Assembly (NCBI GenBank): GCA_029953675.1
Contig: JAMWBK010000005.1
Location: 1,550,001-1,614,000 of the forward strand
Direction: 5' to 3'
Origin: Rhodosorus marinus CCMP1338
Taxonomy: Eukaryota > Plantae > Rhodophyta
DNA length: 64,000 nucleotides
Positions 12,381 to 24,386 of this stretch are shown here, in pieces. A program made the position numbers and the translations under genes. The notes under the pieces are model-generated. The model saw nothing but the letters and a program-made list of their open reading frames with translations, did no database searches and was not told where the DNA came from. Positions within the stretch are counted from its first letter, which is position 1, and each line of letters begins with the position of its first letter.

Positions 12381-13627
12381 ATGAACGCATTTGTGAATGT
12401 TGGCGCTGCGTCTTTCACGACGACGGGAAGGAATGTAGGGGGAAGGCAGCAGGATCTCTGCGCTGGAAGACCCGCGCGTGCGGCTCCGAGAGCTGCGCCC
12501 GTGATGATGGCCAATATGCAGGAAATCCGGAATCGGATCGAGTCTGTGAAGAACACTCAGAAAATCACTGAGGCGATGAAGCTCGTCGCAGCTGCCAAAG
12601 TACGACGTGCCCAGGACGCTGTGCTCCGATCCAGGCCTTTCTCGGAGTCTCTGCAGAAGGTCCTTGGAGGTCTCCTTAAGCGATTGAAGAAGGAGAAGAT
12701 CTATGATGTACCCCTTCTCCAAGAGAGAGAGGTGAAGAAGGTTTTGTTGTGCGTCATCACTGGAGACCGTGGGTTGTGCGGCTCTTACAACTCGTAAGTT
12801 ACTCTCTAAGGCCAGACGCAGTAGTTGATGTCGGATCGGGATGTCGCTCACGGTATCAACACCGCTCCTCAGGTACATGCTTAAGAAAACTGAGCAGCGA
12901 TGCGCTGAGCTCAAGGCCGAGGGTATTGACGTCTGCTTGTTCTGCATCGGAGGCAAGGGATACCAGTACTTCAAACGTCGAGATTATGAGATCATCAAGG
13001 ATATCAGATGCGGACAGGCGCCGACCAACGAGGTATGGAAGCAAAAAAGTACTTCTCATGGCTGAAGCAAGGGAACGGTGTTCATTATTTTCTTACATGA
13101 GCGCTCGCGGGTGGGAACATTTTTAGGACGCGATTTCGATTTCCGAGATTCTTCTCTCCTCGTACCTCTCTGGTGATGTTGACAGAGTGGAGTTGATGTA
13201 CACGAAGTTCGTTTCGCTTATCGCTTCTACACCGTCGGTTCGAACCATCGTGCCGTTGAGCCCGAGTGGTCTGGAGACCGAGGGCGACGAGATCTTCCAA
13301 TTGACTACCAAGGATGGCAAGTTTGTCGTCGAGAAGGAGACCGTTCCAGTTGCTAAGGCGGAAGAATTCCCCGCGGATATGATCTTTGAGCAGGACCCTG
13401 GACAGATCCTTAGCGCCCTTCTGCCTCTGTACCTTAATGGCCAGTTGCTCCGTACCCTGCAGGAATCGATTGCTTCCGAGCTTGCCTCCCGTATGAGTGC
13501 TATGTCCTCTGCTTCTGACAACGCCAAGGGCTTGAAGAAGGACCTCACTCTCGAGTATAACCGAGCTCGTCAGGCAGCGATTACGCAGGAACTTATGGAG
13601 ATCATCTCTGGAGCGTCTGCCTTGTAG
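12381..13627 (+). CDS. atpC: Plastid ATP synthase CF1 gamma subunit precursor
   Basis: Transit peptide MNAFVNVG..., then [41 protein letters not shown] and [20 protein letters not shown]. Introns 12794-12872 and 13033-13126. Confidence 0.97.
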
Positions 13628-14848
13628 ATGATTAGTAAGACATGTAGCTACTGCGGGAGGGGGAGAATACGGGGTTGAAGGTTTTGGAGAGCCACAGAGG
13701 CTGATTATGCAAACCACCGTTCAGACCCCTGCTCGACACCCCCGATCGGGGTGGTCCTGTAATCGCTAGGGGGGGAAGGCTTAACAAAACGAAATATTCT
13801 TTTTCTCAATTTGCGATGCTCTTCCCGCGCGTCAGTTGATGAGTCGACTACAGATTACATCCACCTTTTTCCGCCCCGCACTTACGGAAAGAATTCTAGG
13901 GGTAAGTGCGCGAATAGGAAGTGCATTCAAGCCCTACCAGCGACCAAGCAAGGTAGTTCAGAATGAAAATATTACAGGACCCAGTCAATCCAGAGAAACG
14001 TGCGTTTCTTCTAGCACGAGCGCGTCGTCCAGAGGAGAGGACTCCTGTCGTAGATATGCCTTTTGAGTATTCGGACTTGTCCCCGTATCAAAACTTTTTT
14101 TTGCTCAGAACCAGAGAACTAGCAGCGGGTGAGACCTTCTCTCTGCCTGTTTTTGTTCTTATTCCGTAACCCAGAGTACCTTGCCCTCCTTGGCCGGCAT
14201 CATCGAAAGGAAACAGCTGGTCAGCTGCGGTCCCTGACGATGGAAAAGGCTTCGACTTCAACGGTTTGGGATAATCCGTCTCCCCATTGCTCAGCTCCGG
14301 ACGATTGAGGTGCCTATTCTTCCGTGGAAGAATCAGTGAACTACGTTGGATGATCATGAAGTGGAGCACTTCAAGTAGACTATCAATGCGCAACGAAGCA
14401 ATGCAAGTCTCGGAGCTCACGAAGCATTCCTCATCTGCCCTGTGTCCAGTTAGGTCCATCTTATTCAGACTGAAGATCGCTGTGTTCGCCCAGGTTCCGG
14501 CTAAGAACCCAAAGCGCCAGCTGAACGATGACACGCACCAGCAAAAACGGTTGCGAGTGCAGCTGCATACAAGCGTAGACGCACTAGGGCTGACGAGAGG
14601 CTTTGGCAGCCCTTGAAAGCCTATAGCTTTTGAGCAAAAAAGTTCAGCTGTCTAGTGCAACGACCCGGCTCATTGGCTTCAGCTGTAGAGCTTGAACATC
14701 CTCACTGCACCCGTAGCTACTTCTATTCAAGTCAGGCGACAGATGCAATGGAAGCGCTCTATAGATATAAATGGATCTTATTATATATATTATGAAACAA
14801 CTCTAGATGAGAAAAGTTCCTTGGAAAAGCATAGTGTGCGGTTGCAGT

Positions 14849-15584
14849 TCAGGTTGTATAGTAGTGGATTCTGGTGGCAATTGCTGACCGGCAGCATGGG
14901 CATTTGTCAGTTGCTGCATTCTGTGATATTTGATAGTCACAGCTGCTGCAGACGATTCGGTGACCGCATCCATAAGCAACAGACCTCGGATTGTCCATGC
15001 AGACTATGCACGATTCAACATATTCCAGGTGGTTCACTCTCGCCTGTATCGTATTCAGTCTATCTCGGAGTTTTCGGTTCTCATGCTGGAGCCAGGCACA
15101 GGTCAGGGATGCTGCGACATAAACGGGGTTCGACGTCTGCAGGACTACCCCCTCGCGAACCGACGAATTTCCTGCGCAGGTGAAACAGATAGAGGTCAGA
15201 AAAGACCGTCTCGTACGGAATTCGTCGAAATAATTCATGCACTCTCTTACCCACGCCGTTCAGAAGGCTAGACGTGCCTACAGTCTCAAGCCTTGAAATG
15301 CGTTTCAGCCTCAGCTTCTCGAAACCTTCCCAACCGCCCAATCTCCCGAACGCCAACCGAACCAGCTCCCTCAACCTGTTTCTCCCGCTCTCCAAGTTCC
15401 ATTCCCTCCAGTACCGCTGAAAACGAAGCCTTTCCAGAGACGTAACAACCCCAGCCCTCGACGAGACACCCCGACTAACACCACTTCCTCCAGCCCCAGC
15501 CACCCCCCTATAAACCCTCGCAAACCTCGACAAATCACGCAGCTTGGCCGCAAGCCCAACCAGCCGACCAAGTCGTGACACCAT
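14849..15584 (-). CDS. RING-HC (C3HC4, MUL1/IAP-like) finger protein with an Arg-rich N-terminus
   Basis: CIVCMDNPRSVAYGCGHRIVCSSC...KCPCCRSAI at the C-terminus. Intron 15250-15172 (GTAAG...CAG) joins ORF 15584.. to ORF ..14849 in frame. Confidence 0.7.
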
Positions 15585-16631
15585 GACGGGTTTCTATGAA
15601 AAAAAATCCACACAATCTAGGATACTAAAACCTGAAATGTTCGGACCCGCCCACCATCTCCACACCCCAACCACCTCCCCCCTCATCTCCTCCAGCTCCA
15701 ACAGTCCATCTCATCCTGACCCTGAACTATCAGGCAACACATTCCACCACAGGCCCCCTCCCCCCCCCCCTTGTCTTCAATATCCAAAATATCTTGTATA
15801 TAAAATATTACAGTACAATATTGTATAATTAATACGATTTTGTGTGTGAATAAAAAAAGGGGGTTTGTTAAAGGAAAGCACGGAGATCGTTACTGATAAA
15901 TACGGTTACGAATGATTTTTGGGGCAGATTGGAGGGGGAGGTTTTAGTTGTGGAGAGGATGGATGTTGAAGTGGATGGCTCTGGCGGTTGGGCTGGGTGT
16001 GACTCGATGGATCCTAAGACTGCCCCTGTCCAAAAAATCAGAGCCTTAGGGAGGGCGTTTTCGGCAAAGCTTCCCTGACCCCATCCCCTCCCCCCCCAGC
16101 ACAAAAGGTTCGAGCTTAGACTTTCGCTCTGATGTGGAGAAGATAGAATTGAGCAGGATGCGGGAGGATCTGCATGGCTGGGTTGTGGATGGATACTAGG
16201 ACTGTTTTGAGACCAGATGCTCACGCAGTCCTGGTCTGTATGTCTGGCTCTTTAGCTGTATTCTGATCCGGATTCCGTCCTGAGGTCGAGGTCTGGACAG
16301 CCTTGGTCGCGTGATCCGGTGAGAGAACAACAACCAGCTAGTGTAGCCCAAAACGGGTCTACTGCAAGATCCTAAATGTACAAAAACTAAAAATAATTGC
16401 TTTAATTTAGATTTTAGGGAGGCATAATGTAAGCAAATATCGTTGTCATAGTATTCATTGTACTTTTTTCTCCTCATTGGAATCAGAACTTTTCTAAATA
16501 TAGAACTAGTTTTAGGTGGACTCAACAATTTTATTTATAAAATCAAAATTTGACCCATCAGGTTGCTATAAGCAACTAAAAAGCTCAAATTTTAGCCCCC
16601 GAGCTTATTCTAGACTTTTGTTTTCCTTTGT

Positions 16632-17003
16632 TTGGAGGATATTAGTCATAATACGTGGTTGGTACGTCTTGATGATTGTCCCAGTTGCTGGGACAGTGGA
16701 GGTCCGCTGTACAGAGCCGATGTGGTTACCAGAACGTTCGTGCAGCGCTCTGGTTGCAACATCGTTGTCGAGGACTGCCTGTCATATCCTCCTCTCTGCA
16801 GTGCTGCAGTGGAGAATTTGAAGGATGTGTATCCGCCTCCGAGCCTGGAAGGCGCAGGGAAATGTTGTGCACAACCAGAAGCGACATTCAAGGTGGTCTT
16901 CACGTTACGCGATTGTCTGTTCGCCCTGGCAACCCTCAAAATAATACGCTCGCCAACGTGCATGACGAGATCTTCTCGAGGTTGGACTGCGAGGGGCAGG
17001 TAG
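16632..17003 (+). CDS. Cys-rich hypothetical ORF; may be an exon or a remnant
   Basis: 123-aa ORF with 9 Cys and coding-like composition; no family recognised. Confidence 0.25.
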   Translation: MEDISHNTWLVRLDDCPSCWDSGGPLYRADVVTRTFVQRSGCNIVVEDCLSYPPLCSAAVENLKDVYPPPSLEGAGKCCAQPEATFKVVFTLRDCLFALATLKIIRSPTCMTRSSRGWTARGR

Positions 17004-17157
17004 TATGGTTGGGCTCCGCAATGGTCCTTCGCGGACTCTCCCGCTTAGGTGTGAGGAGTTCAGTGAGTGGAGTTCATAAGAAATCTTTCTGATCTTCTCT
17101 ATTGTTACACGTTAGGAATCAATGTTAGGTATCTGAGGTGAGTACCTCTGGCTTTCT

Positions 17158-20100
17158 TCAAAAGTCCAAGGTCAAGAGGAACTCTCGGCATTGAGCGAAG
17201 CTCGGTCGTTGCCTCGGTTCTGTATGCCAACACCTTTGCATTAGCAGCTTGATCGCATGCGGCCATTCGGGCTGCAGCTGAGGTCTGAGTCCGCGGCTAG
17301 AAACAGCTATTCCAACCTTAAAAACAAAAAAAAAAGGCGACCAGAACCCACATTTAGACCCTAACAGCATACTCTTTCTAATCCGTCAAAGAGCTCATCC
17401 AACCCTGTTCATGAGACCATACCTGCATAGGTTGCATGCCGAAATAAGGGAGCTGCTTCGCTGCCATTTCCCAGAGAATAATACCGAAGGAGAACACGTC
17501 TGCCTTCTCCGAATATGGACGACTGCCCAGCACCTCTGGGGCCATATACTGGAAAGTGCCACATTGCCCGGTCATCGGACCAAAAGACTGCTGCACGCGC
17601 GTGAGACCGAAATCTCCCACCTGTACACACACACAACCATCATTTGCATCTGTGAGCTTTTCTCTCGCTTCCTAGCTCCTGGACGATAGCACCACTCACC
17701 TTAATGTCAAAGTTGTTGCTCAACATGAGGTTCGAGCTTTTCAGATCCCTGTGCAGAAGGTTAGATGAATGAAGGTACATCATCCCCTGGCACAAATCAA
17801 GTGCCATCTTCTTATATAGTGCCCACGGTGGTTTCTGATTTTCCTTGTGCAGGTAATCAAAAAGAGTTCCCCGGGCGCAGAACTCGGTGACAATGATCAG
17901 GTTGGGTGGTTGAGTACACGCGCCCATGAATCGAAGAATATTAGGATGATTAAGCGCGCAGAGGACTGCAACTTCCCGTTGAAATTCTTCGATCGCTTTT
18001 CTACTCTTCAAGGTGTTTGCATGCGCCTTTTTTATGGCTACTATCTCGCCTCGGAAAAGACCTGGAAGCAAGCACAGGAGAGTAGCGAATGTAATCAGAC
18101 ATAATGAGAAACGGCACTCTGCGTTGTCTGGGCTTCATACCTTTGTAAACGGCGCCAAATCCGCCTTGGCCTATGAGCTTCCCGTATTGTATTTCCATTG
18201 GATTGACGATATGCTTCGGTGTCAGTCTTAGCTGACCTAGGTCTTGAATGGGCTGATCCGCCACGTGGCTAATTTCCGACTCTGAGTGAACCTCTCTCTT
18301 TGACTTTCTCTTGGCTTTTTTGCTCTTCTTAGTTTTGGAAGTTTTCGACTTTCTCCGAGTCCGTTCTACAGAACTCGAACCGTCCGAACTCGGACTCGCA
18401 CTGTCTCGGCGCCTACTAAGCATACGTGGCTGTAACTCAGTATGGAAAATTGATGCAACAGGCAGTGACAAAACCATTCTATTAGTCTCCGCACCTTGAG
18501 CTCTCCTTCTTTTTAGACTTTTCCTTCTTTTTCCGACGATCATCGGAAGTTCTTCTGTTCTTCGTAGCACTCCCTCTGGAATCATTTGAATGACGGTCAG
18601 GACCCCCCGAGCTGTAGTCTGCGGAATCAGATCCAGAATAATCTCTTCGCCGCTCCTCCTGAAGCGAATACTGAGATTAAAAAATCCAAAAGGTTCGAGA
18701 AATTGCTTAGCTGAGAGCCCAACCGAAGTCACTGCTGTCGAACAACTTTTCACGGCATCTCACCCGCGGAGCTCTTCCTCTAGCAGGAGGCTGGTCGTCG
18801 TAATGTCGCGAAAGTGGGACACGTTCCCGTCGATAGTAATCGTCGTCATGATGGTCCCTACGGTAGTTGCGGGGTCGTTCCTGTGAATTTAGGAAAACCT
18901 CTCTGTGTTAGAAGATTGTCCGTACACTATGTGAGATAGTTTTGCAGGTTTGAGTACAGCAAATCGCTCAGGTGGGTAAGGCGGCGGCTCGCGGTATGCA
19001 TTCCGAGGAGACCTATCCAGCTCGGGCCGATAGGATGCTTCCCTATATGCTTGTCTAGGAGGTGCAACCTCGACAGGGTTCGCAGGCGAATCTAGTGGGG
19101 TACTAGCCAGCATCTCTGCCACTTTTGGGGGCTGCGGTGTTGAAGTACTCGCCCTCCTACTCGGCAGATGGCGTACGTTCACCTTAACACCAGCTTCAAA
19201 TCCGGAGGAGACCCGCCTAGTCTCATCATTCTCGGAGCGCTTCGGCTGCTGTTTTCGCAAGCGGTGAAATAGTTTAGCATATCCAATCTGTAGCTAATGC
19301 CATGGAGAACGGGAACACTTACGGGTGCTGAGGGAATATCTCTGTCCTTCTGTTGTACCTCCCGCCGGGACTCAACTTCGTTGTCAACGGGCAGCTTTGC
19401 CATCATTGACTTTGATCTCCTGACGCGTTGGAGGTCGTTCGATGTAGCGTTAACGAGTCCGGAGCTTCCCAGGCCGTGAGCTCCATTGACGGCAAGTGCA
19501 GGTTCATCTGAAAGTTTCAGGAGTATCTAAAGGCAGGACGACAAAGCTGATTGCCATGAGACGGACGGAAACCGTGTTTCCCGCCTGCACCAGTTGCTAA
19601 GAAGGAACTACCTCGCCCCTGCACAGTTTGGCAGCATCGGGATTAGACAAAACTCCTTCCATAGTTTCTCTAGTGGCCTCATGGCACGCTCGGAAAACAT
19701 CAGACAGCTCAACCTGCTCTTGTTGCTGCGCCGTTTCAACAAGAAGGCACGTGCACGTGTAGGCGGCAGTAACTTCAAGAACGAGTCCCGGAACAGCTGA
19801 ATAGCTCAGGTCCTTGCAATTGTCAGAAAGGAGAAGTGCTTGAACCAGGGAGTTGGCTTTGTCGAGGATCTCTACGCTCATGGCCCAAAGCCGTCGAGCG
19901 AGCAAACTCCCATGATTAGCTTTCGAACTGGTTATAAGTAGATGGCATATTTTCTTGACTAACCGTGAATGCGCATGATTGCCGGCATCCTTCGACCGGC
20001 GATAGGATCGCTTCCGGCATCAAATAGAGTCCTCGACCAGTTTGGGAGGAAGGCGTCACTGTAGTCAGTATAAAACTTAGCCTTCAGGGAAACCAGCTGC

Positions 20101-22326
20101 GCGAAAGCGGTAATTTCGCCGTTGAAAAACGCGAGGGTTTTATCCTCCTAAGGAATTTTCGGACAAAGGCCAACGTCGGAAAACAAAATTTCATCAGTAT
20201 GTAGCGTAACTCTCCCTTGACGCGTCTCCTATCAGGAGCAGGGTCGTACCTGCTCTGAAGCTGCGTACTCCTCGATCCAAAGAAGAAACTGCTCCTGTTT
20301 CAGACTTTGTTCCAAGAATTCCACAGGTCCTTCGAGGCTTAGTCTGTGCAACAGCGCGACAGTTTTGAATCCAATAAAGCTCGACTTCTGAACAGGTTTC
20401 TTTCGAAGGCTCTTGTAGAGCTCCTCCGAGTAGTCCTTTCGGAGCTGGGCCTCTACTATATGGTAGCGCACATACTTGTCGTTGATAGGAAGGGCACTGT
20501 TGTCTACTACCTTGTTTACCAGAAAATCCACGGACGCCTGTGATAAAAGTAAAAGCAGTATCGAATTAAGAATACCGAGAGTTGTTCCCAATTCGACCAC
20601 GTAGTCGAATATCAGCGTCAATTCCTCACCTCTTTTCTCTTGGTCATCAGCTTTTCTGATAGGCTCCGCAGCACAGTTATCCCGTTAGACGGAGCCAGCG
20701 TGCTCTTCATTTCATGGCTAGCAACAGGAGTTTTCTTCCTCGCGGGTTTCAATGTGGAACCAGATTCTGAGGAGTCCAAAGCAGTATAAAGTCAGATTAG
20801 GAGACAAGCATGAAAAAAGAAGAGCGCCCAACTCGCAAACGGGCCAGGAAGGCTTGCCTATCTCTCCCTCATTGCGCGGGGTCCAGTCGAACTTGCATGG
20901 CACAAGTTGTCCTATGGGATAGCCTGTCAAAGAAATCGCTCTTACCTGGCGCTGCTCCTGGTGCTAGTTCTGAAACTCCAGGCTCGGCGATGGTTTGAAC
21001 TGTTGATCTTCCTCGGCTTGGAGCCATACTAGCACTTCTCACCGGTCGAGAGCTATTATCAGCCGGAATAGCGACAGCCTCAGAACGGGTTACCCTAGCT
21101 AGCTTTCCTGTAGAGGGATCATCTGCTTCCGAAGTATTCACTGAATCTTCGTGTGTTAGCCACACGATATGAAGGGTCAGACGGCGTATGCGAAACATAC
21201 CTTGAGAATTTCTCCTAACGGGACTGTCCGACGTGAGCTCTTTGGTCAGTCGCTTCTCACGCTTCTCCGGTTTTCTTTGCCTCGATGGGCGAACGGGGGT
21301 AGTTTCAGGCACTAAACCCTGTCCAACCGCGACTTCGAATCGAACCGCATCCATCGTAAGGGACTGCTTCCGGTGTTCATGAAGAAGTAGCTTAAGCAAA
21401 GACAGAACCTTCGGCGAGCATGACTTGGACTCCGGCGGAATACTATTTGCAAAATCGGACGATTTCTTCGTCTTTAGGCCGGCCGGTGGCTTCCGTGAGA
21501 ACTGGAGCTCGTACACGAGAAGCCCCAGCGAATAAATATCGTCTTTCGGGGAGTTATCTACAGTAAAAATCCGTTAGTCACAACGATGCTCAAAACTCAA
21601 GCCATAGCTTCGACTTGAACTACGTCAGGTTGTCCTACCATTGGCACGGGACCGACTATCTCCAAATCCACCAATTTTCGCTCGTAAATCGGTGCCAAAT
21701 TGAATGTGATCCATCACCAGGTCCCCATGTGCCTTTACGCCGGCATCGCACAATAACAAAAGTCCTGGAATTCAAAACCACGACGAACTATCAGTGAGCG
21801 AGAGCAAGATCGCGCACAAAATTGGAAACCCTTCTCGAAGGATGAATATGCCCCTCAAGTACGAACCGTTGCACACATCCCGGACGATGGAAAATATCTG
21901 GGCCTCGGAGATGCTCTTCGGGAACTCTGGTTCCGGGAGGTACTCCATCAGATAGACTACTGATTGCGGCTCTGAGTTGAAGACGATACAATCATGGAGC
22001 CGAACAATCGTTGCCGGCCATTTCTCATCCTGTTCACTTCTAATAATCTCAACGCAGCCTGGCATGCTATCGTTCGCTGCCACTGCGTTCACACCCACAT
22101 GCTTCCACAGAGCAGCCTCCTTGACCAATTTCCTGATCCTTTCCTCCGATTCTCCAAACTGCCTCTTCGCACACAATTTCAAACCAGTATTCGTATCCTC
22201 CACAACAGCCACCGTCGACACAGAGCCGCCCTTCTTTGCAGGAGTCAACGTCTTCACCATCCGAAGACTCCATTCTCTTCCACTTATCCCTTTAGCTTTC
22301 AGCAAACCCCCAGATTGGTCACCCAT
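17158..22326 (-). CDS. Multidomain protein: N-terminal pseudokinase, ANTH domain, charged low-complexity linker, C-terminal Raf-like/TKL Ser/Thr kinase
   Basis: C-terminal kinase has all motifs (GQGGFGAVYKG, VAIK, HRDLKSSN, DFG, GTFQYMAPE, DVFSFGIILWE). ANTH-like segment VNKVVDNSALPINDKYVR...FKTVALLHRLSLEG. N-terminal kinase fold CAKR/KEAALW/YLMEY/HGDL/DIYSLG. About 15 exons splice in frame using GT-AG sites. Confidence 0.75.
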
Positions 22327-23153
22327 ATCTTCAAAACTATCTCTTCCCCGGCCCTCGAACCCCCCTTTTTCAATACCTAAACCGTAAGACAGTCATCATA
22401 TCCATCTTATTGAATCTCTTCTCTCATTTCATCATCTCACACCGCTTCCCAATCCTATTCTCCTCCCCAAATGCACCTCAACCGGAAACACCTCCCTCAA
22501 CCCCCAAACCCCCCCCCCCTTTTACCACTGCCCGAAAGAAAAGACTACCAAATTCCCACACCGAAGAAACAATAGTTTACTCAATAATATTCATTGGACA
22601 ATGCACACATTTGGCCATTGTTACTAAACCGTTCGCATGCCTTCCCCAGCCCCTCAACTCTGTCCACACACCTCTCCATGTTCGGAGGCACTAAGGGGAA
22701 AGGCTTACTTTTTTAGAGGTAGGACCATCTAAATCACGTTGTGCTTCTATTTAAGAATCCTTGATTTTCATAAACAAGAAGGACCTTGGAGCAAGTAATG
22801 TTTAGAATAAAAATAATCAGATCAGTTTAGAATATGTTCCTTTATTTTAGAATACATTGGCTTAGAGCGTCGGGTAAACGGGGAGGGTTTTAGTGCCGGA
22901 GTACCTTCTATGGGATGGGGAACGGAACGAATCTTCCGGGCGTTAGCGACTGCTGTTTCTGATGGATGTGGAATTCTCTGTATGCTGTAGATTTACGGGC
23001 CCCTTACTGAGCTGTAGAGCCGTGGTAGTGCTTCCACAAACAGGAGAATCGACATGAGAGCACTACAAACAAATGGTCTGTAGTTTCAGCCAATCAGCAC
23101 TACGTTGAGGCTTTCCCTTCTTCAGCCTCTATGTTTTCCGAGCGTCATGGCGA

Positions 23154-23279
23154 GTTTGGTTTGGTCTGCTGGGGTGAAGACTTTTAGGGGCAAGTCGCTG
23201 ACCAGAGACTCATCAGGTTTGGTTTGGTCTGCTGGGGTGGAGACTTTTGGGGGTAAGTCGCTGATCAGAGACTCATCAG
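23154..23279. repeat. Tandem direct repeat, 2 x 63 bp
   Basis: 23154-23216 and 23217-23279 are 59/63 identical and all 4 differences are transitions. The unit is a multiple of 3 and lies inside open frames on both strands. Confidence 0.95.
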
Positions 23280-23688
23280 TAGCTTCTGTGTATGACGTAT
23301 GCTCAGCTAGCATCGAAGGCAGAGCGCACTGTGTATGGGGCCTGAAGTCCTGTCCTGGTTGCTGGGTATCGCGACCAACTCACTACGAACGCAACCTGTG
23401 AACTACCGCGGGAGGTCGTGCTCTTTAATATTCTCTCTTGTACATTGTTGTCCTATTTTAACTATTTTGCGAGAACTAACATTTGTTGGAAAGGACTAAG
23501 GTCCTACTTGCACTGTAAACATCTCTCCCACCAAGCAGATGGGCCTTCATAGTCGTGATAGACAACACTTGCTACAAACGTAGATCGTGCGCATTCGTTT
23601 TCAGACTTGTACAGTCTGCAGTTGGTCCGTCGCTTGCTGTCATCTTGTCGTTCCCGGTGACTAAACTATTTCAAAGATATGACAGAGA

Positions 23689-24386
23689 CTACCAGGGGCT
23701 TCTCTCAGCGTCCTCTTCCATTTTTTGCAATGTGCTTTTCATGTAGTCCATCATTGTGTTTCGATTCATGCCCATGTTCTCCAAACTCACTTCTATCTGC
23801 TTGATTGTAAGTTGGGCCTGAAAATCGTCCGAGAGTTCGATTCTCTTCAGATGGATCTCATACCGCTCCATCACTGCATTGAACGTCGCAAATGAACAAA
23901 CGAAAATGTCCGTTTGATTAGAAACTAGGCAGGTAAAAGAATCAATCCCTGAACGCTCAAGCGATGGCTAATCCACACTCACAATTTTTCCACTGTTGAA
24001 TAAAGAGCAGCTTTCCCCGCTTGTCGAACTTGCCGTACTATTGCGAGCACAAGATACACAAGTTCAGACTATAAGTTAGATCTTGAATGGGTTCTCAGTT
24101 CTACCTCGGCACCTTCAACATGTGCTGGAGGATACATGCTTTCAATCTGGCAACCTACCGTGGCCCCGAGCCTAATCAAGTCACTGTGCTCCTTCATAAT
24201 CGACTGGATTTCCCTGACAACAAGCTCACTCTCCATAAATCCTTTATCCTCCGGCGGCTGTCTCCTTCCCCGCGGACCCGGCCTGCTTGTCCGCATGCTA
24301 ACCTCGCCTCGCCTGCTGCATCCCTTAGTCCTGGACAGAGACCTTGCCAACCCACTTCCGTTCACAAATCCTACTACCCCCTCCAT
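23689..24386 (-). CDS. Plastid-targeted DUF1825 family protein of cyanobacterial origin
   Basis: Transit peptide MEGVVGFVNG..., then GFMESELVVREIQSIMKEHSDLIRLGAT / YGKFDKRGKLLFIQQ / MERYEIHLKRIELSDDFQAQLTIKQ, which I recall as matching the cyanobacterial DUF1825 pattern. Two introns. Confidence 0.8.

Noticed and set aside
16680-16712. Trypsin-like motif CWDSGGPL in the Cys-rich ORF
   Set aside because: It lacks the conserved Gly of GDSGG, and no His or Asp triad motifs are found upstream.
20767-20945. SH3-like peptide PCKFDWTPRNEGEI, which would need a 22- or 34-nt micro-intron plus a GC-AG intron
   Set aside because: A single ordinary 179-nt GT-AG intron (20945-20767) restores the frame, and the next exon does not continue an SH3 fold. 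The peptide is most simply intronic coincidence.
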